Assembly: GCA_964236955.1 (NCBI GenBank)
Contig: CAXSGP010000042.1
Span: forward strand, 1-37,682
DNA: 37,682 nt
Reading direction: 5' to 3'
Source: an uncultured Oligoflexus sp.
GTDB taxonomy: Bacteria > Bdellovibrionota_B > Oligoflexia > Oligoflexales > Oligoflexaceae
How positions within the stretch are numbered: the first letter of the stretch is position 1; each line of letters starts with the position of its first letter. Of the stretch, positions 21,110 through 30,189 are shown one piece after another. The notes beneath the pieces are model-generated. The model was not told the DNA's origin. It did no database searches and worked only from the letters and a program-made list of their open reading frames with translations. The position numbers and the translations under genes were made by a program.

Positions 21110-22003
21110 ATGGGCGCATTTATTCTCGCTTCAGGAATAAGCACAGATAAGACGATCAGGACTTCGGTCGAGCATGCGGTCATCGCCGCCAAGCGGTGCA
21201 TGGCTGCGGCAAAGATTCCAGTCGAGGAAGTTGCCCTCATAATCAATACCGGTATCTACCGTGAAAATAATCTTATCGAACCCGCAATCGCAATGCTTAT
21301 CCAAAAAGAGCTGGGCATGAACGGCGATTATGTCAAGGCCGCCAACGGCAAGGACGCATTTGGCTTTGACCTGATGAACGGTGGCATCGGTGCACTGAAT
21401 GCAATGAAAGTCGCAGATGCCTTCGTGCAAAGCGGAGCTATTCGCTTTGCTCTCATAGTGGGGGCGGATTCACACCCTTCAGGCGCCATTCGCGAGGATT
21501 TTCCCTATGCCACCCTCGGAGCCGCCATGATCATCGGCAAAAATCCCGATCCGACCCGAGGATTTCAAGGCTTTTCTTTTAAATCCGAAAAACACGAGGA
21601 TCAGGGGCGTTCAGCTTACGTCGATTTCAAAAATATGGGAGTCGATGGGCGCAATCGGATGACGATTAAGACTGCTCCGGACTTCTATCAGGCCGCTCTC
21701 AAACTGGCTGTCAGGACTGCCAAGTCCTATATCGATGAGCATGGATTAAAGCCTGCCGAGCTGCGTCTGATCAGTTCGCAACTGGACGCTCAATTCGCCG
21801 CAATACTTGCTGAGAGCCTCGGTCTGGCCCCCAGCCCGACAGCGAACATTTTTAATCAGTTCGGCGGGGACAGTCACAGCGCAAGCTTCGGTCTCGGCTT
21901 CCATTGTTTGCTGGAAAGTGATCCCAACCAGGCCGGTAAGGGGATTCTCTTCGTCGGGGCGGCTGCCGGGCTAGATGCGGGAGTTGTTCACTATGTTTCT
22001 TAA
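21110..22003 (+). CDS. LstB/NltB-type non-catalytic KAS-III partner subunit
   Basis: KAS-III-like (LIINTGIYR, IEPAIA, FDLMNGG); Cys, His and Asn positions replaced (NGG, SSQ, GDSH); EP Glu retained; GGAGG SD; starts 1 nt after the upstream stop. Confidence 0.85.
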   Translation: MGAFILASGISTDKTIRTSVEHAVIAAKRCMAAAKIPVEEVALIINTGIYRENNLIEPAIAMLIQKELGMNGDYVKAANGKDAFGFDLMNGGIGALNAMKVADAFVQSGAIRFALIVGADSHPSGAIREDFPYATLGAAMIIGKNPDPTRGFQGFSFKSEKHEDQGRSAYVDFKNMGVDGRNRMTIKTAPDFYQAALKLAVRTAKSYIDEHGLKPAELRLISSQLDAQFAAILAESLGLAPSPTANIFNQFGGDSHSASFGLGFHCLLESDPNQAGKGILFVGAAAGLDAGVVHYVS

Positions 22004-23894
22004 TGGGGAACAGGTCTGTAATCCTGGGCTTGAATTTCGCAGCTATGCGCAGACTCAAGCAGAAAAAATAGCGATCAACTCGCCCAAAGGCGAACTTAGC
22101 TTTCGCCAGTTCGAATCACTGAGCGACGATTATGCCTATACGATGCAACGTGCTGGGATCAAGGCTGGGCACAAGGTCGTGCTTATGATCAAGCCAAGCC
22201 TCGACCTCTACGTGCACGCCTTTGCACTTTTTAAATTAGGCGCGATTCCAGTCGTCGTGGATCCGGGCATGGGGCTTAAGCGGATGCTTCGCAATTATAG
22301 ATCCGTGAATCCCGAGGCCTTTGTAGGGATTGCTCCGGCCCATCTGATCAGAGTCCTCGCACGAAAGTCTTTTGAAACGATTAAGGTCAAGCTCTGGGTA
22401 AAAGACGGGACCGTTTCGTTTGCAGGCGATAAAGGCCGAAGCCATGTGCCTGGCACACCCTTTCCCATAGCGCTCACTCAAAAAAATGATTTGGCTATTA
22501 TTAATTTTACGACGGGCAGCACGGGTCCGGCGAAGGCCGTGGAAATGACCTACGGCATGGTCATGGCCACGGTCGAGCTTTTTCGGGCATCTTTTGCGCA
22601 AACGGATGCCGACATAGACATGGTCACCTTCCCCTTTTTTGGAATCGTGTCTCTCCTGCTCGGATCAAGGGTGATAATTCCGCCTATGAATCCTGCGAAA
22701 CCCGCTGAGGTCGATCCCCAAAAGATCATCGACACGATCAACTTTTTTGGGGTCACCGTTATGGTCGCGTCACCGGCGCTTCTCAATCGAGTCGGAGAAT
22801 ATGCCATAGAAAAGGGCTTAAAACTACCGAGCCTCAGGATCATAAACTCTGGCGGAGCGCCGATCACGATGGCGAATCTCCAGCGGATCAGTGGCCTTTT
22901 GGGTCCGGAAGGAACCGTATATTCGAGCTGGGGAGCTACCGAGGGTTTGCCGCTGGCGACGATAAGTGGGAGCGATATTCTAGGCCGCTACCAATCCCTG
23001 ATCCACGCCGGCCAGGGCACGCCCATCGGCAGGATTTTAGCCGGAATTGAAATGCGTATCATAGAAAGTACCAACGACGTTATTCCGCAATGGGATGATT
23101 CGCTGATTGTCCCTGCGGGTAAAATCGGTGAGATTGTCGTGAGCGGACCGAACGTCAGCCGCTCTTATCATGGCGATGCCACTGCGAATGCCGCTCATAA
23201 AATTTGGGATCATGCGAATGGCGTCGAAAAATTCTGGCATCGAACGGGAGACCTTGCCTGGGCCGATCCCGAAGGTGTTTTGTTCTTTTGCGGTCGCAAG
23301 GCCCACTGTATTATCGACGAGAACGGCAGCACCTTGCATAGCGTCAGCGCAGAGGGCGTGACGAACGCCCATCCCCTCGTACACAGGAGTGCTTTGGTCG
23401 GAGCCGGCCCACGCCCGGTGATGGGCATCGAGCTGATCAAAGGAGTCACTCCGTCGGACCAGCCGCGGATCGCCGATGAATTGGTGGCTCTCATGGCTAA
23501 AAGCCCAGCCTCTGCCTCGGTTTCAACGGTAGTTTTTCATCGTCGTTTTCCCGTTGATCCCCGGCATAATGCAAAAATCGAACGCCCGCTTCTAGGAGTA
23601 TGGGCTGCCCATCAGTTGGGACGCTCGGACCGGGACGGATTACTATTGAAAATCATCCCGATTTTGGGATGGATATATATCGTTGCGGGTCTATTCATCA
23701 AGCTTCCTGCGGGCTTCTGGATGACTCTATGGTGGATTGATCTTTTTCTCAGCACGGTCGTCCATATCGCCCAAATTCCGGAAGGCATTCGCGTAGGGGC
23801 CATCCATGGATACACAGCCAGCGAATCGGCGGTACGGACCTTTATCCTTGGCGCGACGTGGTGGAAACCATTGCGGCCCATCCCACAAAAATAG
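21993..23894 (+). CDS. OleC/LstC/NltC-type adenylate-forming enzyme (beta-lactone synthetase) with C-terminal DUF1145-like membrane domain
   Basis: VDPGMG, FVGIAPAH, FTTGSTGPAKAV, WGATEGLP, GEIVVSGP, WHRTGDL, FCGRKAH, FPVDPRHNAKIER (OleC signature); hydrophobic tail of about 85 aa; start at ATG 21993 (GGGAG SD), longest ORF starts at 21975. Confidence 0.88.
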   Translation: MFLNGEQVCNPGLEFRSYAQTQAEKIAINSPKGELSFRQFESLSDDYAYTMQRAGIKAGHKVVLMIKPSLDLYVHAFALFKLGAIPVVVDPGMGLKRMLRNYRSVNPEAFVGIAPAHLIRVLARKSFETIKVKLWVKDGTVSFAGDKGRSHVPGTPFPIALTQKNDLAIINFTTGSTGPAKAVEMTYGMVMATVELFRASFAQTDADIDMVTFPFFGIVSLLLGSRVIIPPMNPAKPAEVDPQKIIDTINFFGVTVMVASPALLNRVGEYAIEKGLKLPSLRIINSGGAPITMANLQRISGLLGPEGTVYSSWGATEGLPLATISGSDILGRYQSLIHAGQGTPIGRILAGIEMRIIESTNDVIPQWDDSLIVPAGKIGEIVVSGPNVSRSYHGDATANAAHKIWDHANGVEKFWHRTGDLAWADPEGVLFFCGRKAHCIIDENGSTLHSVSAEGVTNAHPLVHRSALVGAGPRPVMGIELIKGVTPSDQPRIADELVALMAKSPASASVSTVVFHRRFPVDPRHNAKIERPLLGVWAAHQLGRSDRDGLLLKIIPILGWIYIVAGLFIKLPAGFWMTLWWIDLFLSTVVHIAQIPEGIRVGAIHGYTASESAVRTFILGATWWKPLRPIPQK

Positions 23895-23903
23895 GAGAAG
23901 CTC

Positions 23904-24935
23904 ATGAAGGTCCTCATAACCGGAGCTGCTGGATTTTTAGGTAGCCACATCGTAGAGCAATGCCTGATGCAGGGTGACGAAGTTCGGGTTATCGTCAGAA
24001 AAAGCAGTGACCTCAGCTTTTTGAAGCAAATCCGCCAGCCTATTGAGTTCCACTTCGGCGACCTTACGGACCTCGCGGCGGTTTCAAAGGCGGCAGAGAC
24101 CTGCGAGGTGATTTATCATTCGGCTGGTCGGGTGATGGAATACGGCCGCTACGAAGAATTTTACACGTCTAACTGTTTAGCCACGCGGAATCTCCTCCAG
24201 GCAGCGCTAGACAAAGACGTCAGACGTTTTGTTTTCGTAAGCAGCCCAAGTATTTTCGCCGATCACATGGATCACTTGGAAATCGATGAATCAGTTGCCT
24301 ATCCACGTGTCTTCGCTAACTTTTATGCCGAAACCAAAGCCATGTCCGAACAGGAGGTGCTCCAGGCGAACAGTGCCGGTCTCGTCACATGCTCACTTAG
24401 ACCGCGGGCGATCTGGGGACCTCGGGATAAAAGTGGTTTCGTTCCGAAGCTTCTTTCCTCGCTGGCAAAAGGCAAGCTGAGAAATTTAGCTCCTGGAAAA
24501 CAAGTTCTTTCAAGCATATGTCACGTCGAAAATATAGCTCGCGCCTGCCTAGCCGCAGCAGTATCTCCTAACGTGGGCGGTCAAGCGTATTTCATAGTCG
24601 ATCGTGAACCCGTTGTCCTCTGGGACTTTCTAAATGAATTGGCCATGATGTTCGACCAGGCGCCGATCGACAAGTCGATCCACCCCAAAGTCTTAAAAAG
24701 AATGGTTGACGTCTTTGAGCTGATTTGGTCGATTCCTAAATTAAAAAATTCTTCCTCACCCCCCCTTTCCCGCTACACAGCGGGCCTTCTTACTAAGAAT
24801 TCGACCTATTCAATTGCGAAAGCTCAAAATGACTTCGGATACAATCCGTCGATTTCGAAGCAGGAAGGACTATTGGGCTTTAAAAATTGGGTGGATCAAA
24901 TCGGTGGCTTTGAGATGTACTTAAAGCAGCTCTAA
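23904..24935 (+). CDS. OleD/LstD/NltD-type 3-beta-HSD family NAD(P)H reductase
   Basis: GAAGFLG, FVSSPS, YAETK, LRPRAIWGPRD, PPLSRY, A..DFGY.P; AGGAG SD. Confidence 0.9.
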   Translation: MKVLITGAAGFLGSHIVEQCLMQGDEVRVIVRKSSDLSFLKQIRQPIEFHFGDLTDLAAVSKAAETCEVIYHSAGRVMEYGRYEEFYTSNCLATRNLLQAALDKDVRRFVFVSSPSIFADHMDHLEIDESVAYPRVFANFYAETKAMSEQEVLQANSAGLVTCSLRPRAIWGPRDKSGFVPKLLSSLAKGKLRNLAPGKQVLSSICHVENIARACLAAAVSPNVGGQAYFIVDREPVVLWDFLNELAMMFDQAPIDKSIHPKVLKRMVDVFELIWSIPKLKNSSSPPLSRYTAGLLTKNSTYSIAKAQNDFGYNPSISKQEGLLGFKNWVDQIGGFEMYLKQL

Positions 24936-25042
24936 ATCAGCTATTGAGAATTTGCCAAAGCCAGAAGGGGCAATACCAAGACTAATGATCGCTATGAAGG
25001 AGGTTCCGCCGCGGAACTCCGGATATGTTATGTCTAACAACG

Positions 25043-25061
25043 AAAAGCCCGCGAAGCGGGC
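25043..25061 (-). terminator. Intrinsic terminator for the protease gene
   Basis: Minus strand GCCCGC-TTC-GCGGGC-TTTT between convergent genes; a second hairpin lies at 24999-25020. Confidence 0.6.
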
Positions 25062-25196
25062 GAAATAAGTCTTAGCTTTAGAATATCAGAGGTCGAAGCC
25101 GAACTTTCCGTCGTGAGTGGACTGGTCTTTTGTCGAGGATAGGGACGCGTGCGAACTGAAAAGTCTGAAGCGTTCTCCCCAACTTGAATTCTCAGA

Positions 25197-26054
25197 TCAT
25201 TGAGCAAGGGAGGAACTGACCAGGACTTTCTTCAAAAACGCCTTGTTTGCCGGCTCATTTAAGTTTACGTATTTTGACGTTTTTACGACAACTTCCACGC
25301 CATGTTCATCCGTGGTTTTAACCAGCCCGCCGCCCGAAGTCACGCCTGCTATCGAACCATCGATCAACAATGGACCACCGGAATCTCCCGATCCACTTGC
25401 CACATTAAAACCGGCTTCTACCACAGAATCAGTCGCTGTCGCCAACCCCGAAAAACCGATCAAGCCATCGTCGCTCAAAGTTTTGACTTCATTCTGACCT
25501 TTCCGCTTCTTGCCGGATCCGGTTCCTGTCTGCGTTCCATCCGCAGAGAAATGGTATTCATTGAGACCAAAACCGACGATAGTAAACAATGTGCCGATCG
25601 CTGGCGTCTTTTTATATAATGGGCTAATTGCCGGTGCCGAACCTTTCGGAAAGGTGATTACAGCAACATCGCGACCATTAACAGCTTGATCTTGGTGAGT
25701 ATATTCAGGCCGATAGATACGGTCTGTAGAATCGATGGTAACTTTGCTGCCATCGACTTTGCGTTTTACAAAGGCAACAGACTTAATAGCATGGCCGCTA
25801 TCATTGATATTATCGTAGATGCAATGAGCCGCAGTTACGACCTGCGATGAATTGACGAAAGTTCCCGTGCAGATCGAAGTACTATTATCTTCAGTCAAAA
25901 TTTTCAGCATCACGACGGACGGGAATTCAGAGTCTGCAGATATTCCATTGGTCACTTTGATTTGACTCGAAGAGACGTCATTTCCTGATGTGCCACACGC
26001 GACAGGGGCAAAAGACATAGCAAAAGCAATAACTTGAACCAGTTTGTTTTTCAT
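25197..26054 (-). CDS. Trypsin-like (S1) serine protease, lipoprotein
   Basis: CTGT, TAAHC, RDVAVI, GDSGGPL; lipobox PVAC; start placed at MKNKL. Confidence 0.92.
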   Translation of the reverse strand: MKNKLVQVIAFAMSFAPVACGTSGNDVSSSQIKVTNGISADSEFPSVVMLKILTEDNSTSICTGTFVNSSQVVTAAHCIYDNINDSGHAIKSVAFVKRKVDGSKVTIDSTDRIYRPEYTHQDQAVNGRDVAVITFPKGSAPAISPLYKKTPAIGTLFTIVGFGLNEYHFSADGTQTGTGSGKKRKGQNEVKTLSDDGLIGFSGLATATDSVVEAGFNVASGSGDSGGPLLIDGSIAGVTSGGGLVKTTDEHGVEVVVKTSKYVNLNEPANKAFLKKVLVSSSLAQ

Positions 26055-26421
26055 TTTGTAAGTCCTAGGTATATTGCCCAACAGTTAGTGACTTACCTTT
26101 ACTATCTGATTGCTGGCTGACTAGCCAGTATAAAATTCAAACGATTTCAACTATTTTTAAAAGGCCTGATTTTATTACCAAATTTATTGTTTTTTGGCAG
26201 GAATCTCACTGGTGTTTTGTCTTATATCAAATTATGGATTGGCGTGACTGGCTTCAGTAAGCTTATTAACTGGGCGGAATTATAGGCAAGGTTTGAATGA
26301 TGGAGTGGAAAGGGGGCCGAGGGAACATCCGGCAACCCATTTTCAAGTTATCGCGTTTCCTTGTAAAGTCGCTTCGGTTCCACGCCACAGAATCCGAAAG
26401 GTTCTTGATGACGAGTAATAG

Positions 26422-27153
26422 TCATGGAACGAAAACAAGATTCCACTTCTGAGTATCGGCAGCCTCCCGCAGATACATTTCAATCTTCGACCGATCCACT
26501 ATTCCAAAATTTGCAATATCGACCGCGAATTCACTATTCTTGGCAAATATTCGGAAAGACTCATTATCCTTTTCAAATCTGAACTGCTGAGTGTCGAGAG
26601 ACGAGAAATCTCCTGTCTGCAATGGCGATGTATTGGCAAGCAATCCGTCACGAACTTCCAGCGACCGACCATTGGGATTGGTGATTTTGTAAAAGTTATC
26701 GCTCACGTGCGCGATGTTCCAAAGCTGCGCCGAGCTGTTATTGCATGAAAAAATCTGCACCTGTATTCCAGGACTTTTATTGGACCCAGGAATATCAAGG
26801 CATCGCCCACTGGCAAGGGACTTAATTAAGTAGTTGCCCTCCGCAATCGTCGGACTCTCTAATGGTACAGTGGGCGAAGGCGAGGGACTAGGAATCGGAT
26901 TGGCCACAGTTCCGCTGATGGCTTCCTGGACACCAGGATTTGAAGGCGTAATTGCGGGTTGGTTCGCGCCGGGTATAGGAAGCTCGTCCCGAGTTGAAGG
27001 CTCTGCCTGTTCATTCGCCCCATCTTCACTTTGAGGCGCTGATATCGCTTCGGGAACAGTAATCGAATCATTCACCCTACAACTTAGTACTGTCAGCGCG
27101 ATTGCAATTGTCTGTGCCACAACAATGCTGCATTTAACATCTGGAATCGTCAT
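26422..27153 (-). CDS. Lipoprotein with Pro-rich linker and ricin-B (QxW) lectin domain
   Basis: Lipobox VLSC; PSPSPSPT linker; SGRCLDIPG, CNNSSAQLW, TQQF, TQKW repeats. Confidence 0.88.
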   Translation of the reverse strand: MTIPDVKCSIVVAQTIAIALTVLSCRVNDSITVPEAISAPQSEDGANEQAEPSTRDELPIPGANQPAITPSNPGVQEAISGTVANPIPSPSPSPTVPLESPTIAEGNYLIKSLASGRCLDIPGSNKSPGIQVQIFSCNNSSAQLWNIAHVSDNFYKITNPNGRSLEVRDGLLANTSPLQTGDFSSLDTQQFRFEKDNESFRIFAKNSEFAVDIANFGIVDRSKIEMYLREAADTQKWNLVFVP

Positions 27154-27190
27154 GGCTGCCCCGACTTAAGTAGGTCTAATAGCTTTTTCT

Positions 27191-27218
27191 TTATCGGTTT
27201 AGCCGCGTTAGATATTGA
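27191..27218 (-). promoter_or_regulatory. Putative sigma28-type promoter
   Basis: Minus strand TCAAT-N15-ACCGATAA, about 40 nt upstream of the lectin lipoprotein. Confidence 0.45.
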
Positions 27219-27470
27219 CTTTTTAAACAGAACTAAAATAAGTCTAATTTAACTTTATAATAGCCAGAGCTTACGATGCTATGAGCCCGAGTGGTCGAAA
27301 TAAATGAAGAAAGCGACTTGGAGAAAATCTGAATTTGGTTCAGCGAGCCGTCAAATCATACCAAGTCGTACGAATCAAGGATGTCCCTCCGATCAATGTT
27401 GCCAGTAGTATGCCGTCAGATTTTTCTTCCTAGGCCTCCGGCTCGATCAAGATGAGTCATCTAACATTTT

Positions 27471-28049
27471 TTACCGTCTTCTGCTGCGAAAAACGCCTCT
27501 GGTGGGTCGTGCGTAGCGCCTTAAAGGAGCTGCCGTGGGGGCAGGCCGACGATATTCCTGAGAGTTGCGATAGTGACTGTTATCGTCATGGTAATTGCTG
27601 TAATTGGGATCGTTTGCTTGCCTGCGATTTTTATTTCGATTCAACATATAAGTTGCCCCAGCACCTAGCGCGGCCCCGGTTAACATGTCGCGCGCCATGT
27701 GGTTCTGATAAGCTTCATTGTTATCGATGGGCTGATTGCCGCCCCAGTCCGTTTGCTGATTTTGTAAGGCAACGCCATAACTCTCACGAATACGATCGCA
27801 AACGCTTTGCTCACGACCAAAAAGATCGCTTTCAGCTTTCCTTGTGGCTTCCGTATCATCGGTATTTTTCAGATGAAACTCTTTCATCGTGGATTGGACA
27901 TCATTCTCGCAGTTCGCAATCTGCCTTTCGGCAGCGGAAGAAAGCTGACCAACGCTGGGCGAAGGGCCTACAGGAGGCAGCTGCCGTTCCCGTGGCAGAC
28001 ATCCACTTAACGCCAGCTGGGTGACAGCCAAAAAAATCTTTATCTTCAT
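27471..28049 (-). CDS. Hypothetical lipoprotein with Gly-rich hydrophobic segment and Arg-rich tail
   Basis: Lipobox LSGC; Cys pair; MLTGAALGAGATYML; C-terminus RRYARPTRGVFRSRRR. Confidence 0.75.
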   Translation of the reverse strand: MKIKIFLAVTQLALSGCLPRERQLPPVGPSPSVGQLSSAAERQIANCENDVQSTMKEFHLKNTDDTEATRKAESDLFGREQSVCDRIRESYGVALQNQQTDWGGNQPIDNNEAYQNHMARDMLTGAALGAGATYMLNRNKNRRQANDPNYSNYHDDNSHYRNSQEYRRPAPTAAPLRRYARPTRGVFRSRRR

Positions 28050-28360
28050 TCCCTAATTCCTTCAAGCAAACAGCGGCCAGAGAACCTAAGCCCAATATAT
28101 TAAATATTCCCGCTTTCAACGACAGGAGAAACCACTGGATACAGCTGAACCCCAGCTCCTGTAAGATACAGGGGATTATTACCAATTTCGTTGCCATGCA
28201 AGCCCTGATTTGAGCAGCTGAAAAATTGGATAGACTGCCCAATGTTAGAAATGCATTATAAGGCCAATGACTACGTGTTGATTGTTAAAAAAAAGCAAAA
28301 GGCTAAAGTGAACTCGGGATGGTTCATGGGGTTTATTGCGCGCAATTCAGGGAGCTGTCC

Positions 28361-29119
28361 ATGAAGCTGATGAACTTAGGTATTTTCCTCATGATGCTTA
28401 TGCAAGAAGGCCGCGGCTTTGCCGACACTTTCGAGCCCTGTCCAAGCAATGGCAGCCCCTGTGCCATCATGCCCCTTGGTGATTCCATCACCTTCGGCTC
28501 CGGATCCAGTGATTTTAGCGGTTACCGAAAGGAGCTCTTTTTAAAGGCATTGGCTCAAGGCAAACAGATAACCTTTGTGGGCAATGTCGAATCTGGACCC
28601 GACAGGGTCGGCGATAAACCGCTGTCAACGAAGCACGAGGGACATTCTGGATATACAATAGAATATTCAGGAGAGCGTCAGGGAATTTCGGAATTAGTGG
28701 TAGCATCCCTCGAAAAGAATCGTCCGCACATCATCACCTTGATGATTGGGACAAACGACGTCAGCATTGCCTTCGACCTATTCAATGCACCGGTCCGACT
28801 GGGTAGACTTATCGATAAGATCACCCAAACAGCGCCAAATTCCCTGCTCGTCTTAGCCAAAATCGTGCCATCGCAGGACGACAATGTGAATGCCAGAATT
28901 CAGGCCTACAATTCGGCAATGACACGACTTGTGAATGATCGTGTCGCAGAGGGCAAACATATAGCGCTGGTTGATATGTATGAAGCCTTCGTTTCCCGCT
29001 CACCCCAATATAAAACCCAATTCCTGGCCGATACCCTACACCCCAATGATGCCGGCTACTCAGTCATGGCAGGTGTCTGGTATGAAGCGATTGGTCATCT
29101 TTTACAGGAATCGGAATAA
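28361..29119 (+). CDS. Secreted SGNH/GDSL hydrolase (CE3-like esterase)
   Basis: IMPLGDSIT, HEGHSG, MIGTND, DTLHPN blocks; signal peptide; GGAG SD. Confidence 0.92.
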   Translation: MKLMNLGIFLMMLMQEGRGFADTFEPCPSNGSPCAIMPLGDSITFGSGSSDFSGYRKELFLKALAQGKQITFVGNVESGPDRVGDKPLSTKHEGHSGYTIEYSGERQGISELVVASLEKNRPHIITLMIGTNDVSIAFDLFNAPVRLGRLIDKITQTAPNSLLVLAKIVPSQDDNVNARIQAYNSAMTRLVNDRVAEGKHIALVDMYEAFVSRSPQYKTQFLADTLHPNDAGYSVMAGVWYEAIGHLLQESE

Positions 29120-29473
29120 GGAGCAGTCTCGGCATTAATGACTAATGCCGTTAGAAAATCCTCAGCCGGCCCACTGACGAAAAGGAAGATAAACTTCGTT
29201 ATGGCCAGCAAGGTTTTCTCTATTCCATGATCCATGCCGACTGGAGCACTCCATCCAGTTGCAGAACCATTTTTGGGTAGAAAATCATTGCCGAAAAGTG
29301 GATCCGAGGGTGCCTTCTTTCTCCGATCGAACTTGTGATGGTGATAGGCCCGCTGTTTAATAAATACCCAATCGCGGGCTTAAACAACCGTAAGTTATGA
29401 GTTATTTGTAAAAATCTCATCTTTGTTTGTTAGCCTGCGGGCGATGCGCAACCGCAGCGCGCGGGAACGTGAT

Positions 29474-29500
29474 TAACGTAATTTTTAACCGCTCCGATAA
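29474..29500 (+). promoter_or_regulatory. Putative sigma28-type promoter
   Basis: TAAC-N15-TCCGATAA, 50 nt upstream of the OMP start. Confidence 0.45.
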
Positions 29501-29550
29501 CCCTTTGGTGGACTTGGTTGAACCGGGATGCTGCTATTAAGGAGTTTGAT

Positions 29551-30189
29551 ATGGGCTCGCGGGGGCTCCGGGCGATTATTAGCTTACAGCTGCTTGGCTT
29601 TAGCCAATGGAGTCTTGCAAGCGAGATTCATCACGAATTTCTTGGCTCCCTATCCTATAACCAATCGAGCGGCAGCACATCCACCCAAGGTTCCTCGTCC
29701 ACCGACGCAAAACAAACCGGACTGAACGCCGTTCTTGGCTATGGCTATATCTTCTCAAATTGGAGTGAAGCTCTGATAGAATTGGACCTGCATAGCGAGC
29801 AAAGGAAAATAGCGGAATTTTCCGATGGCAGACAAGGAATGAATCTTGGGGTCGGCTTGCTTTTCAACATCCCTATGGACAGCGGTACAAAAAAAGACGC
29901 GCCGGTTGCCTGGATACCCTTCGGGGGCATTGTGATGTCACAGATCAATCAAAAGAACTCCAAAAAAACCGGGGTCGAATCGAATTACGATCAACAGGAT
30001 ATGGTCACCCAATTTGTGATTGGTTCGAGATATTTTATTTTTCCAAACGTCGCATTGCATACCTCCCTTAGAGCTTCTTTTAAAACGGATACAGTTACCG
30101 AAAAAGCCGAGAATGGTGCCGAACAAAAGGCATCGAGCAATCAACTGCAGCTAGAGTTGCGACTCCTGTCGCTGGCGGTCCTGATTTGA
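29551..30189 (+). CDS. Small outer-membrane beta-barrel protein
   Basis: Signal peptide; amphipathic strands (LGYGYIF, GVGLLFNI, WIPFGG, GSRYFIF); AAGGAG SD before ATG 29551. Confidence 0.8.
   Translation: MGSRGLRAIISLQLLGFSQWSLASEIHHEFLGSLSYNQSSGSTSTQGSSSTDAKQTGLNAVLGYGYIFSNWSEALIELDLHSEQRKIAEFSDGRQGMNLGVGLLFNIPMDSGTKKDAPVAWIPFGGIVMSQINQKNSKKTGVESNYDQQDMVTQFVIGSRYFIFPNVALHTSLRASFKTDTVTEKAENGAEQKASSNQLQLELRLLSLAVLI

Noticed and set aside
20065..22003. PqsBC-like quinolone synthase or housekeeping fabH
   Set aside because: The partners are OleC/OleD types, there is no anthranilate or ACP/fab context, and the EP Glu motif is OleA-like.
22001..22071. TAATG coupling suggesting protein C starts at 22003
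   Set aside because: That frame closes after 22 codons; the OleC-like N-terminus (CN...A....IAI) is in the 21993 frame.
20065..24935. Ordinary oleABCD olefin operon
   Set aside because: The second gene is a dead KAS-III, not an alpha/beta-hydrolase OleB, and C has no N-terminal OleB fusion. An oleB elsewhere in the genome cannot be excluded.
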